NCBI GenBank assembly: GCA_951406725.2
Contig: OX597816.1
Span: 100,688,001-100,752,000 of the forward strand
Direction of reading: 5' to 3'
Source of the DNA: Octopus vulgaris
Lineage: Eukaryota
Length of the DNA stretch: 64,000 nt
Shown here: one piece after another, positions 14,936-27,039 of the stretch
How the letters are laid out: every line of letters begins with the position of its first letter
Numbering within the stretch: the first letter of the stretch is position 1
Position numbers and translations under genes: made by a program
The notes under the pieces: generated by a model
The model's input: the letters and a program-made list of their open reading frames with translations, nothing else
Told to the model about the DNA's origin: nothing
The model's database searches: none

Positions 14936-15919
14936 TTGCACTGATAAATTATTTGTGTCTTGACAATTTCTTTTACTGCATTTCATTTACATCTTTATTG
15001 GTATTGATATCATCTTGTAATTGATCTTGTCACCATTTTCAATATTTCCCATGATATGAATTTCTAATACAAACATATTTTGAGCTGACCATTATAAATT
15101 TCGTTGGGAAAAAGCAACACTCTGATTGTCATTTTCAACAAGATCAACCAGAATTGTAATGTTTGTGAGGACAGGTGAAAAACAATGCTAATTCCACCCT
15201 ATCAGAGTAGTCATTCATTCAGAATAAGGCACTTGGCTACTAAAATCAGGAGACCAAAAACTCAAAAACTCAAAACTAAATCATGTCCTGTAAAGAAATG
15301 AAGATATAAAAGTATTGTTGATAATCTAAAGAAGATAATGATATGTGGTGAAGCTTCAGGATAACAAAGAATTTAAGAGTTCTATCCAGAAGATAAGTTT
15401 ATTGAAGTGTGTGTGTGTGTGTATTTGTGTTGTTCTTTAAGTAAAAATGCTGCTGTTATTTAGATTACTTAAATGGCTATAATTTGTATTGTTTATTAGG
15501 ATAATCTGTTATAAACTGAAACTGATCATGTTTCTATTACTCATTATTTTTGGTGCAACTATTATTTACAATACCATACAAAAGAATCTGCTTATAATAT
15601 GTAATGTAAACAATAATTGTAATTGATATTATTAGCATTGCCCACTCACAGATGTAAAATACTCATTCACATATGCAGGCACATGTGCACATATGCACAC
15701 ACATACACACATGCACGCACGCACACACACACACACTTCTTCAAATCTATCCCTGTACAGGTTTTGAACGTGATGCTAATTTACAATACTAGAGTTAACT
15801 TTATTTTGATATGTTGTTGTAGGGTTTTATACAAACTTATAATTTTAAATGTTTCAAACATCTGAAATTGAACTTTTCACTTCTCTAGGGGATGAAAGTT
15901 AGAAAAGGATTTACATATG

Positions 15920-16826
15920 TATTGTGTTAGTAAAAAATTTTGCAATATTTTGCAAAATTATTTGTTTTATTCATCAAGTTACAACAAAAGCAGCCTAGCA
16001 TTCAAGGTAGAGGTCATTATGTTGCACTGTCTGAAGCTACCTTTCTGCCAGTCTGTTGATCCTACACTGATATTGGTTCTTGTCTTTCAAGGTGAAGAAC
16101 TCCTTCACTGAAGCTTTCACTTCCTCTTGTTTGATGAAGCATTGTCAGTGCAGGATATGAGCCATGGATCAGAACAAGTAATCTGAGGGAGCTAGGTTTG
16201 GATTATATGCTGGGTTTGGCATGAGTTTGATTCCCTCAAGTTCCTGGAGCTTATTCTAGGTTGACTCAGTTGCATGAGGACATGTGCTGTCTTGCTGCAG
16301 AAGAGTTCACTTTCTTTTAACTAATGCTGTATATTTTTGCCAATAGTGGCATACAGCCACTCCAGTTGTTTGCAATGTAAGTTGGTATTGATGGTCCAAC
16401 TATCCAGAACAAACTCATAGTGAGTTATCCTCTCATAATTCTACCAGATGCAGAGCATCACCTTGTCTTCAAAACATCTATGTTTGATGACAGGTTCCGG
16501 AAGTTGGTCCTTGCTTAACAATTTCTTATGCAAATTAGGATTGTGGAAAAATATCTCCCTCAGATTATTACTTATTCTGGTCCATGGCTCACTACACTCC
16601 TGATGCTTTATCAATCAAGAGGAGGTGGAAACTTCAGTGAAGGAATTTTCCACTTCAAAGGACAAGAACTGGTATCAGCATGGGATCAAAGAACTGACAG
16701 AAAGGTGGCTTTAGATGGTACAACACAATGGTGTCTAATTTGAATGCTAGGCTGCTTTTGTTGTAACTTGATGAATAAAGCAGATAAGCTACCAAAACAA
16801 TGCAAAACTTTTGATTCAACACAATG
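15920..16826. mobile_element. non-autonomous mariner derivative with the 3' end duplicated in inverted orientation (long TIRs)
   Basis: Minus-strand transposase remnants KVMLCIW, LLQQDSTCPH, PAYNPNLAPSDYLF. The C-terminal KDKN..GI..L.ERW segment is present on both strands. Perfect 40-bp inverted repeat at 15966-16005 and 16740-16779. Confidence 0.85.
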
Positions 16827-17620
16827 ATATTCGGTCAAACAAAAGAAATTTATTGAATGAGTGAAATATTAAAGAACATAGAAATTTTATGTAAGACCTT
16901 TCATGATTGGTACTCAGCTTAGTTTAAGTTTTCCTTGTTATTGTGAATTAACTAGGAATGTAGGTTATATGATGGAGTCACAAGATGATGAAATGGGAAG
17001 GTTCATTAAAAAGAAATTAAATAGGGAAAAGAAATTAATATAGAAGCATTTACAAGAATAAAACAAATGAAGAGAGGTGTAATGAGACTAATGAAAGGCT
17101 GAGGTGAATAAATCAAACAAAAAAGCTTGAGTGGTAGCTGGCTAGGGAGCAGGGCTAAAATGAGAAACAGAGTAATGAAGAGCAAGAAAAGATAAGAAGA
17201 ATATAGAGAAAGGAAATTAGTCAGCCAATAACAAATTTGGTGATGGTGAGGAAATGATTTGACTAAATAATTGGAATACAGAGAGCAGGATGAAAACTGA
17301 AGAGGAAGAAAATAAAAAAATTACATGAAATTCATGTATAAATTAACTGCCAAGTAAAAAGAAAAACAAACAGATATTGGAAATCATTTGTATGGCATGT
17401 ATCTCATTAGAGAATTTTCTTCTATGAATAACATCCATTTGTGGGAAGAAAACAAACTTGCTTTTGTAGCATTTCAACTCTATATAAATGTAAATTTCTG
17501 AAAAATGGTATGTTACAACAGTCTTAACAATCTTTGATTGTCAAGACACCATTCTTAGGATTTGTTTTCATAACACTTTATGGAAGTTATTTATCGTATA
17601 TTTGTTTGCTATAATGGCAG

Positions 17621-17630
17621 ACATGATGAC
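17621..17630 (+). CDS. candidate 10-nt microexon (x-HDD)
   Basis: tttgtttgctataatggcag|ACATGATGAC|gtaaga. UGC lies between the pyrimidine tract and the AG. Open as phase 2 to 0. Confidence 0.35.
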
Positions 17631-18439
17631 GTAAGAAAATTCATTACCTCAACTGGAATAACTTTATTTATCATATTAATATTCATTGAATGAAAATGCA
17701 TAAACAGCTTAAGATCTTGTTAAATCTTGCTTAAACAATGCATTGTCTTGAAAAACAGTGCTTAATTCCTCTTTTCCATATCTTTAATGCTTCCTTCAGA
17801 TATCATCTTTAGTATTTATCAAGATGTTGTATGCACTGGTTATCTTGTTATGAGCTCAACTATGCCTTATAAACTTCGTTTCCATTTGAGTCATTTCAGT
17901 TGAGTTATTCCCCACAATTTTCAGTAATATCCAATAACATAAAAAGGAATCTACCAGAACAACTTGCCCACAAATTTCAAAATTTAAAGTCTTTCCTGCT
18001 GATTGAATGTTCCATCATTTTCATGGAATGCCTTAGGAATAATATAAAAGTAATGAAAAGGAGACAATTGAGTAACTAATTGAAATATTTGAAATATCTT
18101 TTTGCTGTAAAGTAGGAATTGTATTTTTACAAAAGATTTGGAATTTCTTTTGACTTGAGTAAATGTTTGTGTGTCACAATCTTTGTACAAGACATGTATA
18201 GAATTAACTAAGCAAGTTATATTCTATGATATAACATTAATAACTCTACTTGTGGGTGACAGAATTATTTTTGTGTTTTCAAAATAAAGTCGGTTGATTT
18301 TCGACTTATTCCTTTCGAAAAAAAAAAAAAGCTCTAGTCGTGTGCTATGCTTGATTCATTTTACCATACTATAACTAATGTGTGACTTCTCATTATTGTA
18401 AGAAACCATTTAAATCTCTTATAGTTCACATCTTTAATG

Positions 18440-18770
18440 TTTAACTATAAAATTAAATGGAAGGCATAATCTATTAGACACGTAAGGTATTATTTGTAAA
18501 ATAATTTGACTGATAAACTAAAGAATGAAATTGAAGACATAATCTATATTATCCTGCTACAGTTCATATATGTAATGCTTAAATATGGAGTGAAATTGAA
18601 GACATGATCATTTATACATAATATTTTTACTGTTCAAAAGATGACATAAACTTTGAAAGAAAACTGTTGACAGTTTATTACAAATTCAGTATTATTCTGT
18701 AAAAACTTTGACTGGTAAAGAAAAGGATGAAATTGAAGATGCAATCTACCATAAACACAGTATTTACATT
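18440..18770 (+). repeat. degenerate tandem repeat or minisatellite
   Basis: tgaaattgaaga(c/t) recurs at about 18526, 18591 and 18728, with similar gtattat...gtaaaa...tttgactg flanks. Confidence 0.6.
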
Positions 18771-19054
18771 ATTTGTATTATTCATATTTCAATTAGCTAA
18801 TAAATATATTTTTTTATTTTAAATTTAGTGTGATTTATGTATTAGTATTATATTTCATAAAGATTAATTATTAGCAACAAAAGCAGTCTTATTACCAGAA
18901 GTAATCTTTATAACCAACCTAACATGGACGTATTATTAGAACACCGAATATTGCATTATTAGCCTTGAGAGATCCTCTCTTATAGGTACTTGGTGCATAA
19001 AAGTACACACATAGATCATAACTGACAAGTATTGTCAGTCATGGTCACGGGAAT

Positions 19055-19098
19055 TCCCATATCACTTGATTTTGGTCTACTGGACCTCATCAGTTGGA
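19055..19098 (-). ncRNA. degenerate type I hammerhead ribozyme motif
   Basis: Minus strand reads tccaa CTGATGA ggtc-cagta-gacc AAAA tc-aagt-ga TA tggga. Stems II and III are intact; G12 is changed to A at a CpG; stem I has one mismatch. Confidence 0.55.
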
Positions 19099-20774
19099 GT
19101 ACTGGTTGCCTGTTAAATTTCACTGCCATACAGTGCTCATGACAGATGATTCTTGTCTGCTATGATCTACATATTTTATACTTTGAGTATCAAAAATCAG
19201 TGAAGCAACTACTGAACTTTGTTCATTGGAGACATGGGTTCAGCTATATTTACTGATATGAAATTAAGGATGCAGTACAACATACTCAGATTTTCATGTT
19301 ACCAATGGATATATGAAGAGAAGTAAGCCTTTATTTTCTCATACGTAATTGTATGTGGCTCTTTCTGGTATGCATACACTTTTTGGCATAAAGATAACAA
19401 ATGTAGATAACTCTCAAGGCAGAAAAGATGATGAGTGCATTACAAAGAATATAGTTTTCAAAAATCTCATCTAAGACTGTACTTTTAGTACTACTGATGT
19501 GGACTTCACACTATCTCAAGAATCAAATACTCAAGAAAAAATACAGTTTTGAAAGAAATTATGAACTTCATGGTTCTCAGTAAACTTTTCAAAATAATAG
19601 CAGAATTGCTGCTGGCACTTCTAATTTACTATTATCAAAACTATTATTATGATAGTAATGGTTACAGATTCGGTGGAATATTTTTGGAAACATTCTACAG
19701 AGGATTAAATCTGGAAATATGAAGGAAATAATTAAGAAAAATTAGAGCCTGCAATACTGTAATCAATGACAGAATTTTCAAGATTGATAGGGAAAGTTCA
19801 TTGTAATCAGTAATAACAGCAGCACTATGATATTTCTTTTAGTGTGAATGTAAATATACCTACTATCTACTATCATCCTGCCATATCCTTTTCTGTGCTG
19901 CCAGCCATTAATCCTTCTCCCTCTGGTCATTCATTATTGACATCCAACACTTTCTCATACCATTGCCTGTCTATTATTATCCATCACTTGATCTTTCTTA
20001 TGCCAGCCAACATGTAATTGTTATTACTGTCTCTCTTCCATTACTCTCCTAGCACTACCTCTTACCTCTCTTCCACCACTGTATCCTCTGTTACCCTCAC
20101 CTCTCGGTTTGATTCTTTCATCATATCTTTTCCCCTCTTACCCGCTCACCTTATTCCTGCTTTTAATACTCTCCTATTCACCCTTTGTAGGTCACAGTCA
20201 CAAAGTTGAGGAGGCTCTTTAGACTTGTAGAGGACATTACAATCTTACCTGTGATGGTACCATAATAAAATGTGTCCAGTACACTTTGTAAAGTGATTGA
20301 TGTTTAAAGAAGTACACACTATCATAGAAACCATGCTAAATGGGGATATGTGAACTTGACTCATCAAGCAAAGTGGTACACCCCCCCAGATAAGTCCTGA
20401 CTTTGACCATGAAAGAAACCTGCCCAGCCCATGCAAAGTTTTTTCTCATTTTCACAGTTGTTTCTCTCTTGCTTTTCTATATATATTATGTGTGTATAAA
20501 TATATGAATGAACACATGAATTTACACATGCATTATGGAATTATGCTGAACCTGCCTTAAGAAATGATATCTTTAATCAAAGTTCTAATTACATGCTCTA
20601 GTTTTATAAAATCAGATCATTAAGGTTTATAAACTTCACTTTGCAAAATAAACTTTTTGTTTCATTTCTCAGATGTATATAATAACTACTTAGTATTTTA
20701 CTGCAGTTCAATTTAATGTTATTCAATACAAATAAAATAGGAAACGAAAATGAAAATAGCAACACATAAAAAAA

Positions 20775-21220
20775 TATTGGTTTCAAATTTTGACTCAAGC
20801 CCACAGTTCTGCAGGAGGGGATAAGTTGATTACTTCAACCCCAGTGCCCAGCTGGTACTTATTTTATTGATCCTGAAAGGATGAATGGCAAGACAACCTC
20901 AGTTGAATTTGAACTGGGAACATAAAGATAGACGAAATGCTGCTAAGCATTTTGCCCAGCATGCTAACAATTCTGCCAGACCACCATCTTAACACATTAA
21001 ATAATACTGGTTTTAAATTTTGGCAAAAGCCAGCAATTTTGGGGAGGGGTAAGCCCATCACATCAACACCAGTGCTCAATTGGTACTTATTTTATTGACC
21101 CTGAAAGGATGACTGGCCAAATCAATGTCAGCAGAATTAGAACTCAGAAACACTAAGACGGATAAAAAGCTCCAAAGCATTTTTCCCAGTGTAATAGCAA
21201 TTCTGCCAGCTCACCACTTT
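20775..21220 (-). mobile_element. two tandem copies of SINE family B
   Basis: Both contain ctggcagaatt..tagca...tgcttagcagcatttcgtc...tcatcctttcagg...aataagtacca on the minus strand. Confidence 0.85.
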
Positions 21221-21599
21221 AACAGATCAAATAATATTAAATAATGCACATTCAATAACCTTCAGTAGTAATGAAATAACATGATGACATTAAACACAAC
21301 CACATGCCTATGCTCCTACTTTATGGATAATGTATTGAGCTCTAGAGCAACCTTGAGAAAAACTGTTCCTGAACCTTCTTGTGTGGAATTCAATTAATTG
21401 TCATCTTTTTTTAACAAAACTCATCTCGTGCATAATAAGGTAATGAATATAAAAAAATAGTGACTATAAATTATGAGGCATAATAGTACTAAGGTTTATG
21501 TGCTGGTTAAAGTTATTGACATGAGGGCAAACCATGAAGCTATCATTTAATATCTAATTATTTAATTTCCTAGTATTATATATATACATATATATAAAT

Positions 21600-21812
21600 C
21601 ATCATTATTATCACCATTGTTTAATGTCTGCTTTTTATACTGGCATGGGTTGGACATGGAGCTGTCCAGGCTCCATTTGTCTGTTGTGGCTTGGTTTCTA
21701 TAACTGGATGCCTTCCTAGTGTCAACCACTTAACAGAGTGTACTAGGTGCTTTTTACATGCCACCGGCATGGGTGTGTGTTTACACAGCAGCAGCACCTG
21801 AAAGGACAAGCC
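21600..21812 (-). mobile_element. SINE family C copy
   Basis: tttaatgtctg...ctggcatgggttggac...ctggatgccttcct...tttacatgccacc. Confidence 0.8.
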
Positions 21813-21826
21813 TATAAATGTATATG

Positions 21827-21880
<54 letters not shown>

Positions 21881-21984
21881 AAATAACCATAAAATATTTG
21901 ACCAAATAATGGAATTGTACCTGATATTTTGGACTAACTGTCATTTTAAGAATACAAGTCAATTTTTGCAGTTTCATGTTCCTT

Positions 21985-22335
21985 TAATCTTTTACTGGTT
22001 TCAGCCCAGGGCTGAGGTCATGCTGGTGCACCACCTGTAGCTACTTGGTGTTGTTTCTGATATCGTTTTTGGTGATAGCGAATTGGACGGAGCTGCTCTT
22101 CTTTGTGTCTCCTGCCATGATGTGGATTCATCTGGTATTTCAGATAGAAACCTGTCCAGACATTCCTTGAAAACTTCCACATCAGCACATGTAGATCTCT
22201 CAGGTTGCTTGGAAGGATGTTGAACAATCGTGGGCCCTTGAAAACCAGACTATTGCAGTACTATGTCCTTATTTTAGATGGGGAAGACAGAATTTTGGGT
22301 ATGATGGATTACTGTCCAGTTTGACGTTTGGTCAC
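21985..22335 (-). mobile_element. 5'-truncated CR1-group LINE 3' end
   Basis: Minus strand NSLVFKGPRLFNILPSNLR...FKECLDRFLSEIPDE is a typical CR1-like ORF2 C-terminus, followed by the tail ggtggtgcaccagcatg...ctgaaaccagtaaaaga. Confidence 0.75.
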
Positions 22336-25300
22336 ATTTGATTTAGTAAGACATGCCAATAAAATATGTTTACATAGTTTTTGTTTTACAAATGCAATAG
22401 TAGGCTTGTTGTCATTAACTTTCACTCTTAAAATTTTTATCAAATCATTTTGAGTGAAACTAATTTATTCTTCTGACCTTATAAAGATTGTAGGTTCTTT
22501 AGTGTTGTTGATGATGAATGCTATGGTCAACTTAGTTTGAATGTTGCTATAATTAAGTTTAAAAGGGTGAAGAAATTTCAGTTGATACATTTGCTTTATA
22601 GTTGATATAAAAGAACGCCTTTGAAGACCTCACACACTTGTCACTACTATTGCCACAAATTCTCAAAATTTGTTTTTGCTGTAGCCAAGATATAATCTAT
22701 TGCCTTTTGGTTTTGAGTTTACTTCTGAATTTTCCTTAGAAAGCCATATTTGTCATGAATTTTACATCTAAAAATATAACAAAGGTACAAGTGAATATTT
22801 CACATTATTTCATTGATTTCCAATAACTGTCTGCTATTAGTGATGAGATAATCTATAGGTATGTGTTGTGGTGGTGTTTGTAACTATAATGTTAGCCTAG
22901 AGTAATGGTTAGTGAAGTGGCATTTGTTCATGGTTAATGTGTTTCGCTAGTAGTTGTGGTATTGACAGTATTTTCAAATACATTGGGTGATAATAATGAT
23001 AGTATTGTTGATAGTAGTTCAGTGGTTGTCTGTTTATAATTGTACTACAATATTTGACAGAAGTGTTTGGGAAAGGGATGCAGTGGTGATAATGATGTAA
23101 TTAAGATGATGAAAAAATATGGTATGATAATGGTACTGTTGGTATAGAAATAGGAAATATATCGTGAGTTTAAACTCCTCCTAACTTATGTGCATGTGTA
23201 CATACACGTGCATGCATGTGCACTCACACATGCACTTTCTTCCACTTCTTCCCTAATGACCAAATTTCTGTTTAGTATTCTTCCAAGAATACATTGTTGA
23301 ATGTGTATCTAAATATTAGAACAGATGGGTGCATGATAAATGGAGTGAGTTTTGAGAGATATTTTAAAAAGGGAAAAATCAATTAAAATTGTTGAAGCAA
23401 ACAGTTTCTGAAAAACACTGGAACTAGAAATGATGTGATGATAAAATAGAAGAAAGTACTTGAAACTGAGTTTGTGGAAGAAGCTGAGATGTTTAAAAGT
23501 TTGACTTAAAAGCCATGAGGATGTGGTGATATCTACTAGGTACTGACCTATATAAAATCTAATGTATTCATTGAAAATGGAGTAGTTTACCTATTGTTTG
23601 AGCAGGACATATTTTTTAAAATATTTTCAGTTGCAATACAAAGGAGATACAGTCATCCCATTGGAAAAATACTAGTTCATGTTGTTAGTCCAGTTTTCTT
23701 CTGCAATGATAATAGATAAAGAATATATAGCACATATCAATTGTCTATACTGGGTATTATAATTACAATCCAAATAATGACTTTACAGATGAAGTCTGCA
23801 AGTATCAGTAAAGAGAAATAAGGATTATGATGTTCATACTTTCTGTAAGTCATCAGTAATATAACTGAAAAGCTGACATTTTTTAATTTAAATTTGATAT
23901 AACTTGTATTCAGTAACAACTTTTTATTACACTTTGAATATTATTTGCATGAAGTTTTCTACATCTCACTTGTACTGTGTATGTATGTGTTGAACAATTT
24001 TGTTTGAATGCTCCGAGTAATTTAGAAATAAAAATAAAATGCAAATAGTGGTTCCAAATAATAGCAAATATTTTTTAATGAAATATATATAAAACACCAC
24101 CATATGATCTGAATACAGTATATTATCTATTGCATTAACTTCTATCTTGATTGTTTTGCTTGGTAATAAAATATAAAATTCTGAAGTTGAATAAAACCTT
24201 TGATCTTTAAAATGTGGATTAAAGGTTATATATCCAGTAAGATGTGTAAAGTGAATTGGGATTATTTAGGAAAATTAAACCAGATACTTTTCTGTTTAAA
24301 CCTTTCCTTTTTAAAAAAAAGAAATTTGGAAGACTAAAAAGTTGTCTTTTTAGCTTCAAACATTGTTTTATAAAAAATATTTTTTATTATTAATTTTCTA
24401 GAAACAGTACCATTTTCTTTCCTAGAGATATTGTCCTGTAATGTCCAGTGAATTGAGCAGACTTAAAGAGAATTGAACTTCTTTGATTATCTTGAAGTAG
24501 TATGATTAACTTAAGAGCCTCATTTAATGTTATACTTATTAGTTTGATATCTTGCTTAGAATGTTGCCAGTGATGTATAACATTGCAGATAAGCAATGCT
24601 GAGAAAGACTACCTTTAGCTATTGTACTTATAGAATGCCTATTAGAAATTGCATTTCTCTACAATACAATGCACACAGAGATTTCAAATCTGCTTAACCT
24701 TCTATAAATTTGCAAGTTAGCTCTTATGCACAATGTCTCATTTATTGATAAAACTTCTTACATATCTACAAAGGTGTTTCTATAAATATTATCTCCTCTT
24801 TGCACCACATTAAATAAAATGGAAATTATTAGCAGAGTCTATAAGATTGCTTTCTATTATAACTTATTTGGGATGTAGGAAATTTTCAATTCTTCCATAT
24901 AGTTCTTCCAGCCAGTGTACCAGATACAATACGTTATCAAATATTTGTATAAGACATATTTTAATCTTCATGCCTTGATGGAATTAGCATTGTAATGCGT
25001 TTCAAACAAAATCCATAAACGAAATATATATATATAATTACTGTTTTTCTAAAAAAAATTACATACATAGAAAAGCATTGCCTATATAACTTTTAGACCT
25101 CTCATTTAAAATAGGATATGATTGACATAGAGAGTTTGCTTATTCTTCTTTGAGGTTTTTTAAAATTGTTTTTTCTTATACAGTTTATTAAAAGAGGAAG
25201 GGAAGAACCCATGACTTTTACAGTGCTTCAAAGAAAAGGGAAAGAAGCAACTAAGTTGTTGGTCGTTAATAAATGCTTTGGTCTCTAAGTAACCCAACTG

Positions 25301-27012
25301 GAAATAAATGGTCTTGTATGAGTTTCCTAATGAATAGGGTAGCATCCTGTGCAATGCTCATAGGACTGAGCCTCTGCAGGAAAACCATTTCCAGCTGTAT
25401 CATCTAATTAGCAGTGGCATTATAAAAGGTAAAATGCAGAAAGAATCAGAACATTGAGTTATTGAACCACTCTCAGACTAGAGATCTACTACAAATGCTT
25501 GCAAAAGAGAAAACTCTGTTAATTGTATCCAAGTACTACCACATAGCACCCATTTATAAATTGAGTAACAAAGTAGGTCTACTCTCCATAAAATTAAGTC
25601 TGCCTCTCTGAAGTTTCAGTAGTTGCCCTTTGGTAAAATGTCTGACTGCAAGGAATTGAGGTCACTGTGACTTTTACATTGACAAACCACAACCTTAAAA
25701 TTTTGTTGATTGTTTTAATATATTTGTTGTGAGGTGAATTTTAATGTGTCATTCTTCAGAGAAGAAATGAGAAACTTTTTGAATGGTTGTAAATGAAAGT
25801 GAAGAATATAAGAAAAAACAGAGAGATGAACAGGAAGTGTGGTAGTTGGTATGTGATCAAAGTGGTGAAACAAAAGGAAAGCAAATACTTTGAAGAAACT
25901 CTGTATATACCTAAGCACAGTGACACTCAGATTTGCATGTGTACATACACTAACACCTCTAATTTGGAAGAAGGTAGGGAGTGGAAACAATTTCACTGCA
26001 AGGTTAAATACATATGGGTATGAGTTTGTATATTTGCTGTATATTTATCATGTCTCCACTGTTGATAGATGCAAACTAGATAACAAAACATACGCAGTAT
26101 GTATTTGTTGTGCCACACACAACTATTAGCATAATGTGTGCAGTATGGTCTCAGACAGATTAATCTTGACATATTTACATTGAAGATCTATGGTATATAC
26201 CAGGCATTTAGTTGGCCTTCAGCATTCCAAAACATCTGCTTGAATATACCTATAAATATATTAATAGCAGCAGTATCAACAACACTAAAAAAATTTCTTA
26301 TCTAATTTCTATAATTCCTTTAATTTCTTTACATAGAAGTCAAGATGTTTGATTTTAAAAAATGGTATATTTGTATTAAAGTTGTCTTATTGTTATTATA
26401 GTTATTTAACTTATATAAACAAGCTTTGGTATTTGTTTTAACTACAAATGGCCAAAGGAAACATATATATGGGAACTGCATATCAACTACAACTAGGAAT
26501 CATCATTAGCTTCTTTTTTATCATCATCATCATTAAGCATTTGTCACCATCCTCATCATCATTCAGCACCATCATCATCAAGTATCTCAACCAATACTAC
26601 CGTCATTAGGCATGATATTGATGATTATTTCTTCTTTGACGTAGTTATAACAAATGACCTATTCTAAGTTGATTGATCTAGAACATTTAGTAACATTATA
26701 GTAGAAATGTTCATTTAACTTTTGGTTTATTAGTTTCAATTACTGGTTTTTTTTTTTATAAAATATCAAGTAACTATATTCCCTTCTGCCTTAACTAATT
26801 TCCTCTGCTATTATTTATATGCTTTTCACACCGATTTTTGAAAAAATTCCTTCGATTTTTAAAAGCTCTCTTGCAATTACTAATGATATCTTTAAAATCA
26901 GTATTGGAATTTACAATATTGGTGTTTTTGGTGTTTTTCACTTAGCTGTCATTTTTTCTTTGTTTCAAATAATTGCAAATACTACCAAATAAAAGAAATT
27001 CTACCTTAATAG

Positions 27013-27039
27013 GAAATGGAATCATCGCAACCTCTTCAT
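27013..27039 (+). CDS. candidate 27-nt microexon (EMESSQPLH)
   Basis: Polypyrimidine tract, then TGC, then spacer to taatag; donor CAT|gtgagg. Phase 0-0, open, compatible with the phase-0 exon at 30428. Confidence 0.45.
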
